Source of the DNA: an uncultured Eubacteriales bacterium
Lineage (GTDB): Bacteria > Bacillota > Clostridia > Oscillospirales > UBA644
NCBI GenBank assembly: GCA_900547165.1
Contig: URFZ01000002.1
Location: 76,247-140,246, forward strand
DNA: 64,000 bases
Direction: 5' to 3'
The notes beneath the pieces were generated by a model that saw only the letters and a program-made list of their open reading frames with translations, had not been told where the DNA came from and made no database searches. The translations under genes were made by a program, and so were the position numbers. This document shows, in pieces, positions 33,747 to 44,400 of the stretch; the stretch's first letter is position 1, and each line of letters starts with the position of its first letter.

Positions 33747-35225
33747 TCAGTCCGCGAATTTTGCGACTTCCGCGAACATTTCGTCCTTGCTCTTTCCGAC
33801 GGACGTCGTAAAGCGGCGTGTCTTGTTTTCAAGCGCGGCAAGCGGACGCGGAACGGCTGCTCCCGTTTTTGCGTTGAGTTCGCGCAGGATGCGGAAAAAG
33901 TCGTTGCCGTTGTCTCTGTTGCCCGTCAGAGCGGAGAGCACGTCAGCCGCGAATTTGTAGGGGCTTGCGGTGGACGCCGTAACAACGGGTATGTCGGTCG
34001 CGTTTTTCTTTGCCGCAAAAAGCGCGACAGCTGTATGTGTATCAATGAGATATCGGTGTTTTTCAAACGTTTCCGCAATCGTCTGTTTTGTTTCGTCTTC
34101 GCTCGCGAAGCAGCCGATAAACTCGGACGCGATTTTTTCTCTGACTTCCGCGGAAACTTCATATTTGCCCGTTTCTTTGAGCAGTTTCATACACTCTGCG
34201 GTCTTTTCTTTGCCCTGAATGAGCCAAAGCAGTCTTTCGAGGTTTGAAGAGATAAGAATATCCATCGACGGGGAGATTGTGGTGTGGAACTGTCTGTTTC
34301 TGTCATATATGCCCGTGTTGATAAAGTCTGTCAGCACGTTGTTGACATTGGACGCGCAGATGAATCGACGGACGGGAAGCCCCATTCTCTTTGCGAGATA
34401 TGCCGCAAAAATATTGCCGAAATTGCCTGTCGGAACGCAAACGTCAATCTCGTCGCCGAGCGTTATGTCTCCCGCATTCATAAGGTCGCAGTATGCGCTG
34501 AAATAGTATACTATCTGCGGCGCAAGTCTGCCCCAGTTTATGGAGTTCGCGCTTGAAAGAAAATAGCCCTTTTCATCAAGTTCTTTTGCGATGTTTGTGT
34601 CGGAGAATATCTGTTTGACGCCCGTTTGCGCATCGTCGAAATTGCCCTTTATCGCGCATACGTTGACATTTTCGCCCTCTTGCGACGCCATTTGAAGTTT
34701 CTGTATGTCGGAAACACCGTCTTCGGGGTAAAAGACCATTATTTTTACACCGTCAACGTCCTTGTAACCTTCAAGCGCGGCTTTGCCCGTATCGCCCGAG
34801 GTCGCAACGAGTATGAGAGCCGTTCTTTTTTCTCCCGTCTTTTTGAGCGCCGTGGAAAGCAGACGCGGCATTATTTGAAGTGCCATGTCCTTAAAAGCGC
34901 AGGTCGGACCGTGCCAGAGTTCAAGCACTTTGTGCGTTTTGTCAAGACTCTTTACGGGCGCGGCGTATATGCCGAAACTCTCTTCCTTGTATGCGTCGGT
35001 CGCCGCCGAGAGCAATTCGTCGTAGGTGTAATCCGTCAGATAAAGAGAAAGTACGTCAGCCGCACGGTGCGCGTAATCCTCTTCCGCAAGTTTTTTGATG
35101 AAATCTTTTGAAACGGTCGGTATGCTTTCGGGAACAAAAAGTCCGCCGTCCTCGGCAAGCCCCTGCTTGATGACCCGCGCGGAGGTTTTTTTATCTGAAC
35201 CGCCTCTCGTGGATATGTAATACAT
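33747..35225 (-). CDS. thrC: threonine synthase (long form)
   Basis: MYYISTRG...GLFVP, PTCAFKDMALQ (PLP Lys), SGDTG. Confidence 0.95.
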   Translation of the reverse strand: MYYISTRGGSDKKTSARVIKQGLAEDGGLFVPESIPTVSKDFIKKLAEEDYAHRAADVLSLYLTDYTYDELLSAATDAYKEESFGIYAAPVKSLDKTHKVLELWHGPTCAFKDMALQIMPRLLSTALKKTGEKRTALILVATSGDTGKAALEGYKDVDGVKIMVFYPEDGVSDIQKLQMASQEGENVNVCAIKGNFDDAQTGVKQIFSDTNIAKELDEKGYFLSSANSINWGRLAPQIVYYFSAYCDLMNAGDITLGDEIDVCVPTGNFGNIFAAYLAKRMGLPVRRFICASNVNNVLTDFINTGIYDRNRQFHTTISPSMDILISSNLERLLWLIQGKEKTAECMKLLKETGKYEVSAEVREKIASEFIGCFASEDETKQTIAETFEKHRYLIDTHTAVALFAAKKNATDIPVVTASTASPYKFAADVLSALTGNRDNGNDFFRILRELNAKTGAAVPRPLAALENKTRRFTTSVGKSKDEMFAEVAKFAD

Positions 35226-35319
35226 TTTCTATCCGCCCTTTTAATAAATATACACAATTATTCTATCACATTTTCTGTCAAAATGCAAGAGAAATATTTT
35301 GAATGTTGAATATTTTTCA

Positions 35320-35348
35320 TTGACACGACAAGTCTGATTTTGTATAAT
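35320..35348 (+). promoter_or_regulatory. consensus promoter of the GH123-like gene pair
   Basis: TTGACA-17 nt-TATAAT with a TG extension (ttTGtataat). Confidence 0.6.
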
Positions 35349-35425
35349 TTATATGGAGTTATATTGTTAATATAATGTGAATCTTATAAAAGCAGATCCA
35401 CAATTGCTTTTCGGAGGGTACATAC

Positions 35426-38299
35426 ATGAAAAAAATCGCCGCCGCGCTTCTTGCGCTTTTTTCCGTCGTTTCCTTGCTCGGCGGGTGTACGGTCGTTGTC
35501 AACGACGAACCGTGCGGGATAGAAAACGTCTATTTGCTGACGAACGCGGAAAAATATGAAAAATACGCGCATATAGGTTCAACGCCCGAAACGGTGATGA
35601 CGGCAGCCCTTGCAAAAAACGAGGGCGAGGGTATGCAGTTTGTGTATAAACCCGAAAAGGCGCAGACGAACGTCCGCGTTACCGTGTCCGATTTTGTTCT
35701 TGACGGAGGCACGGAAAAGATAGAAGACGTTACCGTATACTATCAGCATTATATTTATTGCGCGGCGGCTTATACCGAATATAAGACGCTGCAAAGAGTG
35801 GGATATTATCCCGATATTCTCATTCCGATAAACGGCGACTGCTCCGACCTGAACGGCATAGACGTTGAAGCAAATGCAAATCAGGGCTTCTGGGTAACCG
35901 TTTGGAGCGCAAAAGACCAGACGGCGGGTGTATACAGAGGTGAAGTGACTCTCGAAACCGACGATGGCGAAAAACGCGTTATTCCCGTTGAAATAACCGT
36001 TTGGGATTTCTCCGTACCCGAAGAACCGTCTTTCGATACGGCTTACAGCATTTATTGGTTCGAAAGTTCTGTGTCGTATAAAGAAGCGTATGAATATGCG
36101 CTCCGCTACCGGCTGAACGGAAGTTTTACGCCGTCCGTGCGTTTTCAAGACTATGACGCCGATACCATGGCGAAAAAGACCGCCGAATATCTTGCGGAAC
36201 ATCCCGGGGTTTCGTGCTTTATGCCGTCCGGATATACCGCCGAATACTTCAACGCGCTTGAAAAATACGGCATACTTGACAAATGCTTTACCTACTATTT
36301 TGACGAACCCGGCAATTATTATTCGATAAACAAGGAAATGTCGGAGACGTTTGCCTGGGCGCACTCGCTGAATCCGAACGTGAAGAATATGGTCACCACC
36401 GCTTCCCGAGACACGATAACCGATGTCGATATCTGGTGCGGAATATGGTCGAGCCACGATTGTGACGAGCCTACCGTCCGTGACAGGATTTCCGAGGGTT
36501 ACGAAATGTGGTGGTACGGTTGCGTCGGTCCGAAATCACCGTATCCGACTTATCATATCCAGGACGATCTGATGACATCCCGTCTTGTGCATTGGATGCA
36601 GAAAGACTGGGGCTTTACGGGTAACCTTTATTGGGTTGCCGATATGAACAAACGCTGTGAAATCGGTTACGGGAAGACCGAATACGGCAGCATGGACAGG
36701 GACATTTATACGCAGCCTTATGTTTTCCACAACTCCGAAACGGGCGACGACTGCGTTGGCGCGGCGGGAGACGGCTTCCTCTTCTGCTATGCGAAAGAGG
36801 GCGACGGCGTTGTCAACAGAAATATGATATTGCCCACTATACGCCTTGAATCCGTCCGCGACGGCAGCGAGGACTTTGAATATCTGACGCTGCTTGAAAA
36901 GAAGATGACCGCGCTGTTTGAAAAATGGGGAGTGACGGAAGTTACGGTCGATGAGTATATGGATACATATTACGACTCTCTGTACAATTCCATGGCGGAT
37001 TTTGACCGTGACCCGAAATATATGATAAAGATGCGTGAACGCGTTGCTCACGATATTCTGAACGCCGAATGCGCGATAGACGTCGAAGCCGCGCCGACGT
37101 ATGAAAACGTGAACAGAAGAACCGTTGCCGTCTACGCGGAAAACGGCTCCGACGTGGTTGTTGACGGAAAAACCGTTGCCGGAGAAAGCCGCGGCGCATA
37201 TTCCGTTTATACGGCAACGTTTGATATGAACACGCTTGCGGACAGAACCGAAATAACCGTTCTTGTAAACGGCAAAGAATACACACGCGTTCTGAAATCC
37301 GTTGAGGAATCGGAACTTATGGAGGAAGCAAGGCTTGCGGTTCAGGCTGATGCGGAAGAACTCGGGCTTTCCGTTTCTTCCAAAGATGTCCGAATAGCTT
37401 ATGAAAACAATACCTTTGAGCCGAATGCTTTTCCCGAACTCGGAAGCCTTGACGCGCAGCTGTCGCAGAACGGCTCCGTTCTCTTCGCAAAACGGCTTAT
37501 CTCCAAAAACCGCGAATACGGTGCGCAGACCGCAAAACGCATCGCTGCAGACATAACAAACACTATCCCTCTTGCGGTAATGAACACGCCGACCGATCTT
37601 ATCGGCTCTCCGACCTCGGAAACGTTGACGCTGTACGTTCCGAACGGTGCGGAGGTCAAAGTGAACGGCGAAAAAGCGACATTCGTCTCTTCGGAAGAAA
37701 AACACGATGTTTACGCGGCCGTTATTGACGTCGGCAATGATTCAAGACACTTTTACGATGTTGAAGTGACGCTGAACGGAGTGACGCAAACATGGAAAAA
37801 AGTCGTTCTTCATCAAATTGTCGAAACGACGGAATTGCTTAACATAAATGCTTCCGATCTCGCCGCAAAACTTGCCGCGGTTTCGAGAAACAAAGACTCG
37901 ATATATGAAGTTATCGAGTATAACGGCGCTCCCGCGATAAAATTCACCGTGGACGGCACGCACGACCTTACCATCCCGTCCTCGGTTCTCCAAATCGCGA
38001 ACCTGACCGATTATTCGGGGATTATTGTCGATGTTGTCGGCGTTTCCGAAAATACCGCAGGATTTGATGTTACCGTGCAGGCAAGTATGGGCAGCAAAAA
38101 ACTTGATTTCCCGATAATCGAAAAGGATTTTGACGGACTTCTTCCCGAGTCATTCGGCGGCAGTTTCAGAAGGAACAAGATAACGCGGTTGCTTTTCTCC
38201 GCGGGGTCGGATTCCATGTACGGTTATCCCGACGGCGGAACATATATTATCAAGGGCATTTATGCGATGAAAGATGTTGATGATATAGCAAAAAAATAA
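35426..38299 (+). CDS. GH123-like (DUF4091) glycoside-hydrolase-domain lipoprotein with a ~400-aa unknown C-terminal extension
   Basis: Lipobox LLGGC. N-domain pattern (NEGEGMQFVY...VWDFSVPEEPSF). Candidate DE catalytic pair in YYFDEPG (36302-36307). EMWWYGCVGP...YPTYHIQD is typical of DUF4091. Confidence 0.7.
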   Translation: MKKIAAALLALFSVVSLLGGCTVVVNDEPCGIENVYLLTNAEKYEKYAHIGSTPETVMTAALAKNEGEGMQFVYKPEKAQTNVRVTVSDFVLDGGTEKIEDVTVYYQHYIYCAAAYTEYKTLQRVGYYPDILIPINGDCSDLNGIDVEANANQGFWVTVWSAKDQTAGVYRGEVTLETDDGEKRVIPVEITVWDFSVPEEPSFDTAYSIYWFESSVSYKEAYEYALRYRLNGSFTPSVRFQDYDADTMAKKTAEYLAEHPGVSCFMPSGYTAEYFNALEKYGILDKCFTYYFDEPGNYYSINKEMSETFAWAHSLNPNVKNMVTTASRDTITDVDIWCGIWSSHDCDEPTVRDRISEGYEMWWYGCVGPKSPYPTYHIQDDLMTSRLVHWMQKDWGFTGNLYWVADMNKRCEIGYGKTEYGSMDRDIYTQPYVFHNSETGDDCVGAAGDGFLFCYAKEGDGVVNRNMILPTIRLESVRDGSEDFEYLTLLEKKMTALFEKWGVTEVTVDEYMDTYYDSLYNSMADFDRDPKYMIKMRERVAHDILNAECAIDVEAAPTYENVNRRTVAVYAENGSDVVVDGKTVAGESRGAYSVYTATFDMNTLADRTEITVLVNGKEYTRVLKSVEESELMEEARLAVQADAEELGLSVSSKDVRIAYENNTFEPNAFPELGSLDAQLSQNGSVLFAKRLISKNREYGAQTAKRIAADITNTIPLAVMNTPTDLIGSPTSETLTLYVPNGAEVKVNGEKATFVSSEEKHDVYAAVIDVGNDSRHFYDVEVTLNGVTQTWKKVVLHQIVETTELLNINASDLAAKLAAVSRNKDSIYEVIEYNGAPAIKFTVDGTHDLTIPSSVLQIANLTDYSGIIVDVVGVSENTAGFDVTVQASMGSKKLDFPIIEKDFDGLLPESFGGSFRRNKITRLLFSAGSDSMYGYPDGGTYIIKGIYAMKDVDDIAKK

Positions 38300-38346
38300 A
38301 TAAAATACAAAAATCGAGTTTGTCAGAGCGTGAAAAGGAGAATTTT

Positions 38347-41148
38347 ATGAAAAAAATCATTGCGGCAGCATTATTCGTTCTGCTCGTTGTTTCGCTTCTC
38401 GCGGGCTGCACGATTACGCGCTGTCCCGTTGAGTGCGGAATAGAGAACATCTATTTGCTGACCAACACCGAAAAGTATCGGAAAGATGAGGAAATATCTC
38501 CCACTCCCGAAACAAAACTTACGGCAACTCTTGCCAAAAACGAGGGCGAGGGTATGCAGTTTGTTTACAGACCCGACAACGCGAAGAAAAATGTTCGTGT
38601 TACCATATCCGACCTTGTGCTTGACGGCGGCACGGAGAAGATAGAAGGCGTAACGCTGTATTATCAGTATTATCACTACATTTCGCAGGATTACGTCACG
38701 GGACGCGGCAAAGGCTGGTATCCCGACCTGCTTATTCCGATAAGCGGCGACTGTTCCGACCTGAACAAACTGGACATCGAAGAAAACACAAATCAGGGCT
38801 ATTGGATAACCTTTTACAGCGACAAAAACCAGACTCCCGGACTTTACAAGGCGGAAGTGACCGTTGAGGCGGATGGCGACGAACCCATAAAGATACCCGT
38901 TGAAGTCACCGTTTGGGACTTTGCCGTTCCCGAAGAACACTCTTTCGACGCGCCTTACGGTGTCACAGGCGGTTCCGTTCCTTATGAAGAGACTTATGAA
39001 TACCTGCTCCGTTACCGTATAAACGGATACAATATACCGACCGTCAGAGGCGGCGATTCCGATGAGGATGCCGCAAAGAAAACCGCTGAATATATAGAAA
39101 CGCATCCCGGCGTTTCGTGTTTCAGAGCGGACAGATATACGAAAGGATATTTTGACGCTCTCGAAAAATACGGTGTTCTTGACAAGTGCTTTACCTATCC
39201 TTATGACGAACCCGCCGACACCGTTGAGATGAATAAGAAAGTTTCCGACACTTTTGCAAGTTACCATGCGCTGAATCCGAACGTTAAGAATATGATAACC
39301 ACGGCGTCCAGAGAAACGATGTTTGACGTCAACATCTGGTGCGGCGTTTGGTCTGCGGCGGACAGCGACGAACTGACCGTGCGCGACCGTATTTCCGAGG
39401 GCTATGAGATGTGGTGGTACGGCTGCCTTGTTCCCGTAAGATACTACCCGACTTACCACATTCAGGACGACCTTATCTCCGCGCGTCTCGCGCATTGGAT
39501 GACAAAAGACTGGGGCTTTACCGGCAACCTTTATTGGGGCGCGGACTGGTATTACCGCATTGAAGCGAAAACAAACCGAGCCGACGGTATAAGAGATATT
39601 TACAATTATCCCGGAACTTGGCACAGTGATACGAAGGAGTATACCACTCCCGCAGGCGACGGATTCGTTGTTTGTTACGGAAGAGAGGGCGACGGCGTTG
39701 TCAACAGAAACATGATAATGCCCACTCTCCGTGCCGAGGCGATACGCGACGGCAGCGAAGATTTTGAGTATCTGACGCTTCTTGAAAAGAAGATAGGGGC
39801 TCTGTTTGAAAAATGGGGCGTGACCGATATAAGTCTCGACACTTATCTCGATACATATTTTGATTCTCTTTATATTTCTATGTCAAACATGTACCGTGAT
39901 TCCGCCTTTACGCAGAGAATGCGTGAGCGTATCGCGCACGACATAATGCATGCCGAAAGCGCCGTAAGTGTTGAAGCCGCTCCGACATTCGAAAACCCGA
40001 ACAGAAGAGCAGTTACGGTCTATGCCGAAAACGGTTCGAATGTTGTAATAGACGGCGAAAACATTCATGGCGAGAGCCGCGGCGACTATTCCGTTTATAC
40101 AAGATATTTCGATATGAACAATATCGCCGACAGAACGGAAATAACAGTTACCGTGAACGGCGAAGAGTATACCCGTGTTCTCAAAACGCTTGAAGACATG
40201 GAACTTATGGAAGAATCCCGCGCCGCCGTTCAGGCAGCCGCGGAAGAACTCAAGCTTCCCATTGCTTCAAAGACTGTCCGCAAATTGTTTGAAAAAAACA
40301 GTTTCAAACCTTACGAGTATAATAACATGGGTTCGACTTCTCCGGTAGACGGCACAGGTATTTCCGATAACAGGGAATATGCTCAGGAAGTATGGAAGTG
40401 TCTTGCTCTTGATATAAAGAATACAATTCCTCTCGCCGTTATGAACGAGGCAGGCGATCTTTTGGACGAACCGAAAGCGGAATATCTGACGCTTTACGTT
40501 CCGAACGGGGCGACCGTAAAAGTCGAGGGCAAAGATGCGACGTTTGTTGAACAGACGGAAAACTATTCCGTTTACTCCGCAAAACTCGACACAACCGGCT
40601 ACGCAAGATATTTTTACGATGTTGAAGTTACGCTGAACGGCGTTACCGAAACTTGGAGAAAGATAGTATTCAATCAGAGCGCGGAGATGTCCCCGCTTAT
40701 CAATATGAGCGCGGAAGACCTTGCCGCAAAACTTGCCGCAGAGCCGAAAAACGCGGGCACGGACTTTGAAGTTATCGAATACGAGGGAGCACCCGCGATA
40801 AAAGTAACGATAAATGCGGAGCATTCGCTTTCAATTCCCAAATCGCTCATTCCGTCCCTGAATCTGAAACTTTACAAGAAAATCATTGCGGATATCGTCA
40901 ATGTTTCAGACGATCATGGCGGCTTTGCCGTTTCGATAAGAGCATCCTTTGCTACCCCCGTTACCGAAATTGAAATTCCGAGTAATGATTTTGACGGCTT
41001 TGCGATAGGCGGTATGCCTGCGGGACAGTTCGGAAAAGTGACCGCGGTTACGCTTCTTTACAGCACAAAATACCAAAAAGAGGTTACGCTCATCATTCGC
41101 GGTCTGTACGCGATGAAGAATCCCGACGACGCGGCACAGCAAAAGTAA
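38347..41148 (+). CDS. GH123-like (DUF4091) lipoprotein, tandem paralog
   Basis: Lipobox LLAGC. Collinear with the upstream gene (shared runs LAKNEGEGMQFVY, RDRISEGYEMWWYGC, DGSEDFEYLTLLEKK, YDVEVTLNGVT). YPYDEPA at 39205-39210. Confidence 0.7.
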   Translation: MKKIIAAALFVLLVVSLLAGCTITRCPVECGIENIYLLTNTEKYRKDEEISPTPETKLTATLAKNEGEGMQFVYRPDNAKKNVRVTISDLVLDGGTEKIEGVTLYYQYYHYISQDYVTGRGKGWYPDLLIPISGDCSDLNKLDIEENTNQGYWITFYSDKNQTPGLYKAEVTVEADGDEPIKIPVEVTVWDFAVPEEHSFDAPYGVTGGSVPYEETYEYLLRYRINGYNIPTVRGGDSDEDAAKKTAEYIETHPGVSCFRADRYTKGYFDALEKYGVLDKCFTYPYDEPADTVEMNKKVSDTFASYHALNPNVKNMITTASRETMFDVNIWCGVWSAADSDELTVRDRISEGYEMWWYGCLVPVRYYPTYHIQDDLISARLAHWMTKDWGFTGNLYWGADWYYRIEAKTNRADGIRDIYNYPGTWHSDTKEYTTPAGDGFVVCYGREGDGVVNRNMIMPTLRAEAIRDGSEDFEYLTLLEKKIGALFEKWGVTDISLDTYLDTYFDSLYISMSNMYRDSAFTQRMRERIAHDIMHAESAVSVEAAPTFENPNRRAVTVYAENGSNVVIDGENIHGESRGDYSVYTRYFDMNNIADRTEITVTVNGEEYTRVLKTLEDMELMEESRAAVQAAAEELKLPIASKTVRKLFEKNSFKPYEYNNMGSTSPVDGTGISDNREYAQEVWKCLALDIKNTIPLAVMNEAGDLLDEPKAEYLTLYVPNGATVKVEGKDATFVEQTENYSVYSAKLDTTGYARYFYDVEVTLNGVTETWRKIVFNQSAEMSPLINMSAEDLAAKLAAEPKNAGTDFEVIEYEGAPAIKVTINAEHSLSIPKSLIPSLNLKLYKKIIADIVNVSDDHGGFAVSIRASFATPVTEIEIPSNDFDGFAIGGMPAGQFGKVTAVTLLYSTKYQKEVTLIIRGLYAMKNPDDAAQQK

Positions 41149-41176
41149 ATAAAATAACGGCACAGTAAAAACTTAT

Positions 41177-41219
41177 TCCTCTCCGTGTTTTTGAAGACAC
41201 GGAGAGGATTTTCATTTTT
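41177..41219 (+). terminator. intrinsic terminator
   Basis: 12-bp stem tcctctccgtgt/acacggagagga followed by ttttcattttt. Confidence 0.8.
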
Positions 41220-41320
41220 AATTTGCGCCGAAAGGAAACGTATTCTTGCAAATTTTGTATAATATGCACATAAAACCGATTTTTCGAGGTTTTTCGATGT
41301 GAAAAATGCAGAAAAAAATA

Positions 41321-41349
41321 TTGACAGATTGTTACAGCTATGTTATAAT
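41321..41349 (+). promoter_or_regulatory. consensus promoter
   Basis: TTGACA-17 nt-TATAAT. Confidence 0.6.
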
Positions 41350-41416
41350 ATGAAACACGGAAAACCTATTGTTTTTTGCCTTTGCCGACATTCTCGGCAG
41401 AATAGGAGTTGTTCGC

Positions 41417-44400
41417 ATGAAGAAAGTGAAACGCATACTCAGCGTTCTTCTTATCGTTGCGCTCACGGCGACATTCGTCGGTGCGTTTTCGATAGGCTCA
41501 TCGGCGGTGACGCCGCTCGGATGTGTTATACAGAAGGACACCAAATGGAAGTCGTACTATTACGGCGGCGGAAACCTGTACGACACGGGCTGCGGCATTT
41601 TTTCGCTTGTCAACGCGGTCGGCTATCTTACGGGTATACGCATGAGCGTGACGGAGGTCGCGGCGTGGGCGCATGAAATAGGCGCATATAACGCGGGCTC
41701 TTCCGCAGGCGGTACGACGAGAGGATACCTTTATCCGAAAGTGCAGGCGCAATACGGTTCGCGTTACGGTTTTACCGTTGATTGCGGCGGCAGCGGCGGC
41801 ACGGGATATTGGAACGTTACGTCTTACAACACCACATTGCAGAACCACCTGGCAAACGGCGGCGTTGCGATAGGGCATGTTCCGGGGCACTTTATCGCGC
41901 TTGTCAATTATTCGGGCGGGAAATATCATGTTTACGAAAGTTATCCGTCTTCCACAAGAGGCACTCAGAACGCAACAACGGGCAGCATTTGGCTGACGCC
42001 CGCACAGTTGAATTCCGGCTATGCGGGAATGAAACTTGACTGGTTCTGTCTGCTTTCATATACGGGCGGCGGCACGGAGAGCGGAGGTTCGTCGGAAAAT
42101 CCCTCGACAAATCCCGGCGGCGGAGGAAATACGGCTTCGACCGCAACGCAGCCTTTCCGCACGTTCTATTACAATCTGAACGGAACGACAGATACGGCGG
42201 ATTCATCGCTGAATGATTTCAATTCTTACGGCATGAGTTATCCGGGCGGCTTTATAAACAGCCCGTCTTATGTCGGCGCTTACAGCACTCTTGCGTCGAA
42301 TTGGAGCGCCGTTGCGGGCGAACTGACAAAGGACTGCACACTTACTTCACGGGGCACGGAATACAAAACATCGCTCCCCATAAGACTGTTTCTTGACGGA
42401 CGCACTCTGACCGCGGTTTCGGGCGGGTATGCGTTCAATCAGGAAAAGGCAAATACGACAACGATAACGGGCAACACCTTCGCCGTAAGTTCGGAAGAGG
42501 GCACGGAAACTTTCGGCACAATAAACGGCAACGGCAACTGTGATACGGTTGCGCAGTCGGCGGGAACACTGAATTTCCGAAATCTTACGCTCAATTCTTC
42601 AAGTTCGAGCGGCAATAACAACGCGTTTTATCAGACGGCGGGTGACGCTACGTTCCGCGGCGTTACGGTCAGGGCTTCGGGTTCGGACTACGGCGCGGCG
42701 GTAGGTGTTAAAGGCAAACTTTCTTCCGTTGCAAATTCTTCGTTTATCTCAACAAGAACTTCTTCGAGCGGAACGGACGCTTCGTCGGGCATACATCTGC
42801 GCGGCGGTTCGATAGGCACTTGGACAAATTCGAACATAACGACTTCTTACGGCGAAGCTCTTTGGGTTGACGGCGGTTCGGTTTCGATAATCAACGGCGG
42901 AAACTTCACGGGCGGAACGAACGGCAACGGCATTTACATAAGCAACAACGGCACCGTGGGCACGGTAATGAACGGCGTTTTTGCCTCGACCGGCGCAAAC
43001 GCGGGCATTAACATAACCTCGGGCTCGACGCTGAACACGATAAGCGGCGGTACGATAAAGGGTATAACGATATCCGGAACGCTCGGAACGATAACGGGCG
43101 GTACTTTCGATTTTTCGACGTACACAGCAAGCAATTACGGCACGATAAAAAATTATATCGCTTCCGGCAAAGCGGCAAGGCTTGATTCGACCTCCGGCAG
43201 CGGAATATTCACAGTGGTTACTAACAGCGGGCTGACTTCGGGAACATATATGGCGGCGCCGAACGGAGTTGATTACACCACGGGAACGGCAACTATAAAC
43301 GGTGTTTCGTATACGACTTATACCGTTTCGACGCAGACCGTTCCCGTCGAGAGTGTTTCTCTTGACAAAAACACGCTTTCACTTTCGGTCGGCGGAACAG
43401 GCACGCTTGTTGTTACCGTAAATCCGTCGAACGCAACGGATAAAACCATAACTTGGACCACTTCAAACGGAGGAGTTGCCACGGTTTATAACGGTGTCGT
43501 AACCGCAAACGGCGTCGGCACGGCTGTTCTTACGGCAACCGCGGGCGGCAAAAGCGCCTCCTGCACCGTAACGGTAACACAGGCGACCACGGCAACCGTA
43601 ACGATAGACAAGGGCTATGCCGCAGTCAACAAGGGCGGAACGGTAACGCTGACCGCAACTTGCAGCGGCGGCGCGGTTTCGTGGGCGTCTTCGAACGCTT
43701 CGGTCGCAACCGTTTCGAACGGAGTTGTAACGGGCGTGGCGAAAGGCGAAGCCACCATAACCGCTTCCTGCGGCTCGGTTTCCGTCAGCGCAACTGTACG
43801 CGTTACGGATTATACGTCTCCCGCATGGGGCGTCGATGTTTCGCACCATCAGGGTACGATAGACTGGGCAAAACTCAAACAGAGCGGCGTCGATTTTGCA
43901 ATAATCAGGCTCGGTCTCGGCGTGACCGACTCCTCTGGAACGCTGACTTACGACCGTCAATGGGCGGCAAATATCGCGGGCGCGAGAGCGGCGGGTATAG
44001 ATATAGGCGTTTATCTTTACGCTTACGCGACAACGACTTCCGCGGCTCTTCGCGAGGCTCAACTTGTCGTTGAAGAACTTAACAAGTACCCGGGTTATTT
44101 TACATATCCTGTTTGGTACGACTTTGAAAACGACAATGCCAAATCGACTTCCCGCAAGAGTGCGAATGCCGAGGTTATAAAGACTTTCTGCGATTACGTC
44201 GGCAATGCGGGCTATTACACGGGAATTTATACATACACTTCGTTCTTTACGAGTTATATCGACGATTCGCAGCTTACTTCCTATGACCATTGGGTTGCGC
44301 AGTACGGCGCAAACGACGGCGAACCGCATTCCGTTTCATATACGGGCGCTTACGGAATGTGGCAGTATACGTCGATGGGTCTCGGAAAGGTCGTTTCGGG

